This document shows positions 43,601 to 54,970 of a DNA stretch of 64,000 bases, in pieces (position 1 is the first letter of the stretch; every line of letters begins with the position of its first letter). Position numbers and translations under genes: made by a program. The stretch is taken from contig OZ024741.1 of the NCBI GenBank assembly GCA_964016885.1, forward strand, positions 6,572,001 to 6,636,000, written 5' to 3'. Below the pieces are notes generated by a model. That model had not been told where the DNA came from. It was given only the letters and a program-made list of their open reading frames with translations, and did not search any database. This DNA comes from Eledone cirrhosa. Taxonomy: Eukaryota.

Positions 43601-46600
43601 AATAGTTGATGACAGAGTACCTCAGCCAATGAGAGACAGAATACCTCAGACAATAGTTGAAGACAGAGTACCTCAGACAATAGTTGAAGACAGAGTACCC
43701 CAGCCAATGAGAGACAGAATACCTCAGACAATAGTTGAAGACAGAGTACCTCAGACAATAGTTGAAAACAGAGTACCTCAGACAATAGTTGAAAACAGAG
43801 TACCTCAGACAATAGTTTAAGACAGAGTACCCCAGCCAATGAGAGACAGAATACCTCAGACAATTGTTGAAGACTGAATACCTCAGACAATAGTTGAAGA
43901 CAGAATACCTCAGACAATAGTTGAAGACAGAGTACCTCAGACAATAGTTGAAGACAGAATACCTCAGACAATAGTTGAAGACAAAGTACCTCAGACATTA
44001 GTTGAAGACAGAGTACCTCAGACAATAGTTGAAGACAGAATACCTCAGACAATAGTTGAAGACTGAATACCTCAGACAATAGTTGAAGACAGAGTACCTC
44101 AGACAATAGTTGAAGACAGAATACCTCAGACAATAGTTGAAGACAGAATACCTCAGACAATAGTTGAAGACAGAATACCTCAGACAATAGTTGAAGACAG
44201 AGTACCTCAGACAATAGTTGAAGACAGAGTACCTCAGACAATAGTTGAAGACAGAGTACCTCAGACAATAGTTGAAGACAGAGTACCTCAGACAATAGTT
44301 GAAGACAGAGTACCTCAGACAATAGTTGAAGACAGAGTACCTCAGACATTAGTTGAAGACAGAGTACCTCAGACATTAGTTGAAGACAGAGTACCTCAGA
44401 CATTAGTTGAAGACAGAGTACCTCAGTCAATAGTTGAAGACAGAGTACCTCAGACAATAGTTGAAGACAGAGTACCTCAGACAATAGTTGAAGACAGAGT
44501 ACCTCAGACAATAGTTGAAGACAGAGTACCTCAGACAATAGTTGAAGACAGAGTACCTCAGACAATAGTTGAAGACAGAGTACCTCAGACAATAGTTGAA
44601 GACAGAGTACCCCAGCCAATGAGAGACAGAATACCTCACACAATTGTTGAAGACAGTGTACCTCAGACAATAGTTGAAGACTGAATACCTCAGACAATAG
44701 TTGAAGACAGAGTACCTCAGACAATAGTTGAAGACAGAATACCTCAGACAATAGTTGAAGACAGAGTACCCCAGCCAATGAGAGACAGAATACCTCAGAC
44801 AATTGTTGAAGACAGAATACCTCAGACAATAGTTGAAGACAGAGTACCCCAGCCAATGAGAGACAGAATACCTCGGACAATTGTTGAAGACAGAATACCT
44901 CAAACAATAGTTGAAGACAGAGTACCTCAGACAATAGTTGAAGACAGAGTACCTCAGACAATAGTTGAAGAAGAGTACCTCAGACAATAGTTGAAGACAG
45001 AGTACCTCAGACAATAGTTGAAGACAGAGTACCTCAGACAATAGTTGAAGACAGAGTACCTCAGACAATAGTTGAAGACAGAATACCTCAGACAATGGTT
45101 GAAGACAGAGTACCTCAGACAATAGTTGAAGACAGAATACCTCAGACAATAGTTGAAGACAGAATACCTCAGACAATAGTTGAAGACAGAGTACCTCACA
45201 CAATAGTTGAAGACAGAGTACCCCAGCCAATGAGAGACAGAATACCTCAGACAATAGTTGAAGACAGTACCTCAAACAATAGTTGAAAACAGAGTACCTC
45301 AGACAATAGTTGAAAACAGAGTACCTCAGACAATAGTTGAAGACAGAGTACCTCAGACAATAGTTTAAGACAGAGTACCTCAGACAATAGTTTAAGACAG
45401 AGTACCCCAGCCAATGAGAGACAGAATACCTCAGACAATTGTTGAAGACAGTGTACCTCAGACAATAGTTGAAGACTGAATACCTCAGACAATAGTTGAA
45501 GACAGAGTACCTCAGACAATAGTTGAAGACTGAATACCTCAGACAATAGTTGAAGACAAAGTACCTCAGATATTAGTTGAAGACAGAGTACCTCAGACAA
45601 TAGTTGAAGATAGAATACCTCAGACAATAGTTGAAGACTGAATACCTCAGACAATAGTTGAAGACAGAATACCTCAGACAATAGTTGAAGACAGAATACC
45701 TCAGACAATAGTTGAAGACAGAATACCTCAGACAATAGTTGAAGACAGAATACCTCAGACAATAGTTGAAGACAGAGTACCTCAGACAATAGTTGAAGAC
45801 AGAGTACCCCAGCCAATGAGAGACAGAATACCTTAGACAATAGTTGAAGTCAGAGTACCTCAGACAATAGTTGAAGACAGAGTATCTCAGACATTAGTTG
45901 AAGACAGAGTACCTCAGACAATAGTTGAAGACAGAGTACCTCAGACAATAGTTGAAGACAGTGTACCTCAGACAATAGTTGATGACAGAGTACCTCAGAC
46001 AATAGTTGAAGACAGAGTACCTCAGACAATAGTTGAAGACAGAGTACCTCAGACAATAGTTGAAGACAGAGTACCTCAGACAATAGTTGAAGACAGAGTA
46101 CCCCAGCCAATGAGAGACAGAATACCTCAGACAATTGTTGAAGACTGAATACCTCAGACAATAGTTGAAGACAGAGTACCTCAGACAATAGTTGAAGACT
46201 GAATACCTCAGACAATAGTTGAAGACAGAATACCTCAGACAATAGTTGAAGACAGAGTACCTCAGACAATAGTTGATGACAGAATACCTCAGACAATAGT
46301 TGAAGACAAAGTACCTCAGACATTAGTTGAAGACAGAGTACCTCAGACAATAGTTGAAGACAGAATACCTCAGACAATAGTTGAAGACTGAATACCTCAG
46401 ACAACAGTTGAAGACAGAGTACCTCAGACAATAGTTGAAGACAGAGTACCCCAGACAATAGTTGAAGACAGAGTACCCCAGACAATAGTTGAAGACAGAG
46501 TACCTCAGACAATAGTTGAAGACAGAGTACCTCAGACAATAGTTGAAGACAGAGTACCTCAGACAATAGTTGAAGACAGAGTACCTCAGACATTAGTTGA

Positions 46601-47974
46601 AGACAGAGTACCTCAGACATTAGTTGAAGACAGAGTACCTCAGTCAATAGTTGAAGACAGAGTACCTCAGTCAATAGTTGAAGACAGAGTACCTCAGACA
46701 ATAGTTGAAGACAGAGTACCTCAGACAATAGTTGAAGACAGAGTACCTCAGACAATAGTTGAAGACAGAGTACCTCAGACAATAGTTGAAGACAGAGTAC
46801 CTCAGACAATAGTTGAAGACAGAGTACCTCAGACAATAGTTGAAGACAGAGTACCCCAGCCAATGAGAGACAGAATACCTCAGACAATTGTTGAAGACAG
46901 TGTACCTCAGACAATAGTTGAAGACTGAATACCTCAGACAATAGTTGAAGACAGAGTACCTCAGACAATAGTTGAAGACAGAGTACCTCAGACAATAGTT
47001 GAAGACAGAATACCTCAGACAATAGTTGAAGACAGAGTACCCCAGCCAATGAGAGACAGAATACCTTAGACAATAGTTGAAGACAGAGTACCTCAGACAA
47101 TAGTTGAAGACAGAGTACCTCAGACAATAGTTGAAGACAGAGTATCTCAGTCATTAGTTGAAGACAGAGTACCTCAAACAATAGTTGAAGACAGAGTACC
47201 TCTGACAATAGTTGAAGACAGAGTACCTCAGACAATAGTTGAAGACAGAGTACCCCAGCCAATAAGAGACAGAATACCTCAGACAATTGTTGAAGACAGA
47301 GTACCTCAGACAATAGTTGAAGACAGAGTACCTCAGACAATAGTTGAAGACAGAGTACCTCAGACAATAGTTGAAGACAGAGTACCTCAGACAATAGTTG
47401 AAGACAGAGTACCTCAGACAATAGTTGAAGACAGAGTACCTCAGACAATAGTTGAAGACAGAGTACCTCAGACAATAGTTGAAGACAGAATACCTCAGAT
47501 AATAGTTGAAGACAGAATACGTCAGACATTAGTTGAAGACAGAGTACCTCAGACAATAGTTGAAGACAGAATACCTCAGACAATAGTTGAAGACAGAGTA
47601 CCTCAGACAATAGTTGAAGACAGAGTACCTCAGACAATAGTTGAAGACAGAGTACCTCAGACAATAGTTGAAGACAGAGTACCTCAGACAATAGTTGAAG
47701 ACAGAGTACCCCAGACAATAGTTGAAGACAGAGTACCCCAGACAATAGTTGAAGACAGAGTACCCCAGACAATAGTTGAAGACAGAGTACCCCAGACAAT
47801 AGTTGAAGACAGAGTACCTCAGACAATAGTTGAAGACAGAGTACCTCAGACAATAGTTGAAGACAGAGTACCTCTGACAATAGTTGAAGACAGAGTACCT
47901 CTGACAATAGTTGAAGACAGAGTACCTCAGACAATAGTTGAAGACAGAGTAACTCAAACAATAGTTGAAGACAG

Positions 47975-49093
47975 CACCTATTGTCCCAAATGCAAAGTAT
48001 GGGTGCATAAAAGATGTAGTGGGATCACAGGTAAGCTAACTAAGAATATAGATTTTACATTTGGCCGGTGCTCTGGTGCAATAAGTAGCAGCAAGTGCCC
48101 ATAGAATACTAGCTGATTCCATTGCACAGATGGTTCTATAGAAATAGTGGACACCTTCCGTTACTTGGGTGACAAAATCAGCAGTGGTGGAGGGTGCTCT
48201 AAAAGTACAGTAGCTAGAGTCAGAACTGGATGGAAAAAGTTCAGAGAGCTTATACCACTATTAGCCGCTAAAGGGTTCTCTCTAAAAATGAAAGGCAGGC
48301 TGTATGATGCCTGCATACGCACAGCAATGTTACATGGCAGGGAGACCCGGGCATTGTGTGCAGAGGATATACGTAGACTGGAGAGGAACGAAGCTTGCAT
48401 GCTCCGCTGGATGTGTAATAGTAATATACGTGAACGGCAAAGCATAAACGAACTAAGGGAAAAATTAGAAATAGAGGGATCAGATGTTGTTTACTCGAGA
48501 GAAGACTACGTTGGTAAGGTCACGTGATGCGCATGAAAGACGACAGCTGTATAAAAATGTGCAGGGCAATAAAAATAGACGGTAGTCACGGAGTAAGCAG
48601 ACCCAGAAAAACCTGGGACGACTTGATAAATTCCGACCTCACACACTTACACCACTCCAAGACAATGTCACTGGACCGAGATCTTTGGCGCTACACAGTA
48701 ATTCACCTAAGTACAAAGTGAAACCTACTACGGTCAGTAGGCACCTCTAACCAATAAACACCCCTGTTCCACTACCCCCGTTCCATCCACACCACCCCTT
48801 TCAATGTAAAGTTATGTTGGTACCACAACATCCAGTCCGAAACAAATGAGGTTTTGTAGGTGTCACGACGAAAAAACACACAGTCCACGCTGTAATGTGG
48901 CCGTGTAGGCAACACGGTAAAAACCTCCCAGTCCAGACTGTAAACGTGGTTGGTGTTAGGAAGGGCATCCAGCCGTAGAAAACCCGCCAGACAGTCCTAT
49001 GCGAGCAAGACAACCACTCTTGCCTCAAGTGGGAAAACTCCCGTCCAAACCCATGCAAGCGTGGAAGATGGACGTTAAACGATGATGATGATG
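47975..49093 (+). mobile_element. RTE fragment copy 13 (A/B mosaic, 1119 bp)
   Basis: Carries the B 1-bp deletion together with the A 14-bp deletion and A tail; several private SNPs. Confidence 0.92.
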
Positions 49094-52000
49094 AATAGTT
49101 GATGACAGAGTACCTCAGACAATAGTTGAAGACAGAGTACCCCAGCCAATGAGAGACAGAATACCTCAGACAATAGTTGAAGACAGAGTACCTCAGACAA
49201 TAGTTGAAAACAGAGTACCTCAGACAATAGTTGAAAACAGAGTACCTCAGACATTAGTTGAAGACAGAGTACCTCAGACATTAGTTGAAGACAGAGTACC
49301 TCAGACAATAGTTTAAGACAGAGTACCCCAGCCAATGAGAGACAGAATACCTCAGACAATTGTTGAAGACAGTGTACCTCAGACAATAGTTGAAGACTGA
49401 ATACCTCAGACAATAGTTGAAGACAGAATACCTCAGACAATAGTTGAAGACAGAGTACCTCAGACAATAGCTGAAGACAGAATACCTCAGACAATAGTTG
49501 AAGACAAAGTACCTCAGACAATAGTTGAAGACTGAATACCTCAGACAATAGTTGAAGACAGAGTACCTCAGACAATAGTTGAAGACAGAATACCTCAGAC
49601 AATAGTTGAAGACAGAATACCTCAGACAATAGTTGAAGACAGAGTACCTCAGACAATAGTTGAAGACAGAGTACCTCAGACAATAGTTGAAGACAGAGTA
49701 CCTCAGACAATAGTTGAAGACAGAGTACCTCAGACAATAGTTGAAGACAGAGTACCTCAGACAATAGTTGAAGACAGAGTACCTCAGACAATAGTTGAAG
49801 ACAGAGTACCTCAGACAATAGTTGAAGACAGAGTACCTCAGACAATAGTTGAAGACAGAGTACCTCAGACAATAGTTGAAGACAGAGTACCCCAGCCAAT
49901 GAGAGACAGAATACCTCAGACAATTGTTGAAGACAGTGTACCTCAGACAATAGTTGAAGACTGAATACCTCAGACAATAGTTGAAGACAGTACCTCAGAC
50001 AATAGTTGAAGACAGAGTACCTCAGACAATAGTTGAAGACAGAGTACCTCAGACAATAGTTGAAGACAGAGTACCTCAGACAATAGTTGAAGACAGAGTA
50101 CCTCAGACAATAGTTGAAGACAGAGTACCTCAGACAATAGTTGAAGACAGAGTACCCCAGCCAATGAGAGACAGAATACCTTAGACAATAGTTGAAGACA
50201 GAGTACCTCAGTCAATAGTTGAAGACAGAGTACCTCAGACAATAGTTGAAGACAGAGTACCTCAGACAATAGTTGAAGACAGAGTACCTCAGACAATAGT
50301 TGAAGACAGAGTACCCCAGCCAATGAGAGACAGAATACCTCAGACAATAGTTGAAGACAGAGTACCTCAGACAATAGTTGAAGACAGAGTACCTCAGACA
50401 ATAGTTGAAGACAGAGTACCTCAGACAATAGTTGAAGACAGAGTACCTCAGACAATAGTTGAAGACAGAATACCTCAGACAATGGTTGAAGACAGAGTAT
50501 CTCAGACAATAGTTGAAGACAGAATACCTCAGACAATAGTTGAAGACAGAATACCTCAGACAATAGTTGAAGACAGAATACCTCAGACAATAGTTGAAGA
50601 CAGAGTACCTCACACAATAGTTGAAGACAGAGTACCCCAGCCAATGAGAGACAGAATACCTCAGACAATAGTTGAAGACAGTACCTCAAACAATAGTTGA
50701 AAACAGAGTACCTCAGACAATAGTTGAAAACAGAGTACTTCAGACATTAGTTGAAGACAGTACCTCAGACAATAGTTGAAGACAGTACCTCAGACAATAG
50801 TTGAAGACAGAGTACCCCAGCCAATGAGAGACAGAATACCTCAGACAATTGTTGAAGACAGTGTACCTCAGACAATAGTTGAAGACTGAATACCTCAGAC
50901 AATAGTTGAAGACAGAGTACCTCAGACAATAGTTGAAGACTGAATACCTCAGACAATAGTTGAAGACAAAGTACCTCAGATATTAGTTGAAGACAGAATA
51001 CCTCAGACAATAGTTGAAGACAGAATACCTCAGACAATAGTTGAAGACAGAATACCTCAGACAATAGTTGAAGACAGAGTACCTCACACAATAGTTGAAG
51101 ACAGAGTACCCCAGCCAATGAGAGACAGAATACCTCAGACAATAGTTGAAGACAGTACCTCAAACAATAGTTGAAAACAGAGTACCTCAGACAATAGTTG
51201 AAAACAGAGTACTTCAGACATTAGTTGAAGACAGTACCTCAGACAATAGTTGAAGACAGTACCTCAGACAATAGTTGAAGACAGAGTACCCCAGCCAATG
51301 AGAGACAGAATACCTCAGACAATTGTTGAAGACAGTGTACCTCAGACAATAGTTGAAGACTGAATACCTCAGACAATAGTTGAAGACAGAGTACCTCAGA
51401 CAATAGTTGAAGACTGAATACCTCAGACAATAGTTGAAGACAAAGTACCTCAGATATTAGTTGAAGACAGAGTACCTCAGACAATAGTTGAAGATAGAAT
51501 ACCTCAGACAATAGTTGAAGACTGAATACCTCAGACAATAGTTGAAGACAGAGTACCTCAGACAATAGTTGAAGACAGAATACCTCAGACAATAGTTGAA
51601 GACAGAATACCTGACAATAGTTGAAGACAGAGTACCTCAGACAATAGTTGAAGACAGAGTACCCCCAGCCAATGAGAGACAGAATACCTTAGACAATAGT
51701 TGAAGACAGAGTATCTCAGACATTAGTTGAAGACTGAATACCTCAGACAATAGTTGAAGACAGAGTACCTCAGACAATAGTTGAAGACTGAATACCTCAG
51801 ACAATAGTTGAAGACAAAGTACCTCAGATATTAGTTGAAGACAGAGTACCTCAGACAATAGTTGAAGATAGAATACCTCAGACAATAGTTGAAGACTGAA
51901 TACCTCAGACAATAGTTGAAGACAGAGTACCTCAGACAATAGTTGAAGACAGAATACCTCAGACAATAGTTGAAGACAGAATACCTGACAATAGTTGAAG

Positions 52001-53468
52001 ACAGAGTACCTCAGACAATAGTTGAAGACAGAGTACCCCAGCCAATGAGAGACAGAATACCTCAGACAATTGTTGAAGACAGTGTACCTCAGACAATAGT
52101 TGAAGACTGAATACCTCAGACAATAGTTGAAGACAGAGTACCTCAGACAATAGTTGAAGACTGAATACCTCAGACAATAGTTGAAGACAAAGTACCTCAG
52201 ATATTAGTTGAAGACAGAGTACCTCAGACAATAGTTGAAGACAGAGTACCTCAGACAATAGTTGAAGACAGTGTACCTCAGACAATAGTTGATGACAGAG
52301 TACCTCAGACAATAGTTGAAGACAGAGTACCTCAGACAATAGTTGAAGACAGAGTACCTCAGACAATAGTTGAAGACAGAGTACCTCAGACAATAGTTGA
52401 AGACAGAGTACCCCAGCCAATGAGAGACAGAATACCTCAGACAATTGTTGAAGACTGAATACCTCAGACAATAGTTGAAGACAGAGTACCTCAGACAATA
52501 GTTGAAGACAGAGTACCTCAGACAATAGTTGAAGACAGAATACCTCAGACAATAGTTGAAGACAGAGTACCTCAGACAATAGTTGAAGACAAAGTACCTC
52601 AGACATTAGTTGAAGACAGAGTACCTCAGACAATAGTTGAAGACAGAGTACCTCAGACAATAGTTGAAGACAGAGTACCCCAGCCAATGAGAGACAGAGT
52701 ACCTCAGACAATAGTTGAAGACAGAGTACCTCAGACAATAGTTGAAGACAAAGTACCTCAGACATTAGTTGAAGACAGAGTACCTCAGACAATAGTTGAA
52801 GACAGAGTACCTCAGACAATAGTTGAAGACAGAGTACCTCAGACAATGAGAGACAGAATACCTCAGACAATAGTTGAAGACAGAGTACCTCAGACAATAG
52901 TTGAAGACAGCGTACCTCAGACATTAGTTGAAGACAGAGTACCTCAGACAATAGTTGAAGACAGAGTACCTCAGACATTAGTTGAAGACAGAGTACCTCA
53001 GACATTAGTTGAAGACAGAATACCTCAGACAATAGTTGAAGACAGAGTACCTCAGACAATAGTTGAAGACAGAGTACCTCAGACAATAGTTGAAGACAGA
53101 GTACCTCAGACAATAGTTGAAGACAGAATACCTCAGACAATAGTTGAAGACAGTATCTCAGACAATAGTTGAAGACAGAGTACCTCAGACAATAGTTGAA
53201 GACAGAGTACCTCAGACAATAGTTGAAGACAGAGTACCTCAGACAATAGTTGAAGACAGAGTACCCCAGCCAATGAGAGACAATACCTCAGACAATTGTT
53301 GAAGACAGAGTACCTCAGACAATAGTTGAAGACTGAATACCTCAGACAATAGTTGAAGACAAAGTACCTCAGACAATAGTTGAAGACAGTTCCCTCACGT
53401 TACCTTTCTCTCCTTTTTCCCTTCATTTTCTCCCATCTTTGTCTCCCTTTCGTTATCTACTTTATTAT

Positions 53469-53552
53469 TGACTCGCCGTCTCGAGTGAAAACATTAACTC
53501 GACGTCTCGAGTGAAGGCACTGACTCGCCGCCTCGAGTGAAGGCACTGACTC
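53469..53552. repeat. 26-bp tandem repeat x3.2 with an internal ACTCG..CGAGT inverted repeat
   Basis: TGACTCGCCGTCTCGAGTGAAAACAT / TAACTCGACGTCTCGAGTGAAGGCAC / TGACTCGCCGCCTCGAGTGAAGGCAC / TGACTC. Confidence 0.9.
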
Positions 53553-54361
53553 TTTTGGTAACAAACTGTTGAAAGTGCACCTGGTTTTATCATACTGTGC
53601 AGTTTATTTTAAAGTTTTATATTTATCTTAAAACCTTCCTATCATATTTTTATGTATGAATCTAAGTTGTTCTCCAAATACTTTTTTCTAAACATATTTC
53701 TATTACACAATTTCAATTACCATATATCTCGTCATCAAAGACACTTCATCCTCAAGGACACATTAAAAATAATTCCTGACACTTCAGGTCTTGTTACCTA
53801 ATTTTTTATGATATTTTGTTTATTTACTACTTTAAATATAATTTATAGACTTCATTGAGAGGTCATCTACAAGAGTTCAGATTACTGTCTAGCAGAGATA
53901 TATTTCCTCTGGGGTTCGGATATGTCTGAGAAACACAACCTTTGGCCTCAAGGAGGACACATGGTAGATTTTTGAGACTTATTTTAGGAAAGAAACGGCG
54001 TCTTGGATGCTGGAAAATATGGTAATCAATAAAGAAAGAGTTTAGGGAGACTAAATTCTTTATCTCATTATTGAAATGGTATTTGTAACATAACTTAACA
54101 AAAGGTTCTTATATCAAATTATGTTTGGAAGTTTAAATTAAAATTGGGTGGTTTTCTTTTAGAGAATCAGAACCAGGTTTGAGATAGTTAATATTAAATC
54201 CCTCCAAATTTTTTATTATTTTCAAAATGTTTTGTTTCCTTAGAAATATTAAAAGAAATGAAAAGATTGAGACAGCTTGTGGCATTAGTAATAAAGAGGA
54301 AAGTGGTGTGTGTATAGTTCCCTGGGGCAGTGTAGACAGCGATCTACAGGACTATTATATA

Positions 54362-54552
54362 AGGGGAGTGGATTGGCAAAGTTGGTAGAGCATTGGACAA
54401 ATGCTTAGTAGTATATGTTTTGATTTCAAATCCCTTCAGGTCAATTTTGTCTTTCATCCTTCCGAGGTTAAAATATCAGTGAAGTACTGGGTAGATATAA
54501 ACAACTCCTCATTCCCCATATATTGCTGGCCTTGTGCCTATATTAGAAATTA
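54362..54552 (+). mobile_element. Degraded tRNA-derived SINE (octopus-type)
   Basis: A-box-like TGGCAAAGTTGGTAG, B-box-like TTCAAATCCC, central CTTTCATCCTTCCGAGGT, 3' GCTGGCCTTGTGCCT. Resembles an abundant octopus SINE from memory; not searched. Confidence 0.6.
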
Positions 54553-54970
54553 TATATACAAGATGTTTAAAAACATTTGATATCAGTTGCCTGTTTTAAA
54601 GGTTATGTTAAAATATTGTGAATTAGTGTGGATAAACTTTGAGGAATAAATCTTATGTTGCTCAACATTTAACCTGTCAAGTCTCGTTCTAGACTTTTAG
54701 TTTCTCGAATATTTACATCTCAAATGATATCAACTTTTTAGAAACACCCTGTATATAGGTTTCTTTCTCCGTATTTGTGGTAATTAAGATATGTATGTGT
54801 TTGAGTAGATGGTGTTGATATGTATATGTACACACATACTGACAGACATACAGAGAGAGCTATTGGAAAGATGTATTTGACCATGGAATGTGTTCTTATG
54901 TAAACTGTTGATAGCTGTATATATATGGAATATAATCTGTTTAGTTCCCACACTTAGTCACATTGTTTTC

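Larger units (their letters stand above)
1..53397 (+). repeat. Composite satellite: ~1,400 copies of a 27-bp unit (with 24-, 25-, 28- and 17-bp variants) interrupted by 13 RTE LINE fragments; continues past the left edge
   Basis: Unit ATAGTTGAAGACAGAGTACCTCAGACA read directly throughout; array ends abruptly at ...TGAAGACAGTTCCCTCA (~53397). Copy number estimated from length minus LINE inserts. Confidence 0.98.

Noticed and set aside
707-49093. Site-specific retrotransposon repeatedly targeting the satellite
   Set aside because: Independent insertions would differ in 5' truncation and would not share stop codons; the same family also sits in a non-satellite target at 61137.
1808-53140. Long minus-strand (LCLQLLSEV)n ORFs up to 912 aa as a real repeat protein
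   Set aside because: They follow from a stop-free frame in a 27-bp unit. They are repeatedly frameshifted by 25- and 28-bp units, have arbitrary starts, and many end in the antisense LINE tail. The apparent +1/-10 frame compensation also occurs uncoupled (~4481, ~7786).
1-53397. CRISPR-like array
   Set aside because: Units are contiguous with no unique spacers, there are no cas genes, and the context is eukaryotic.
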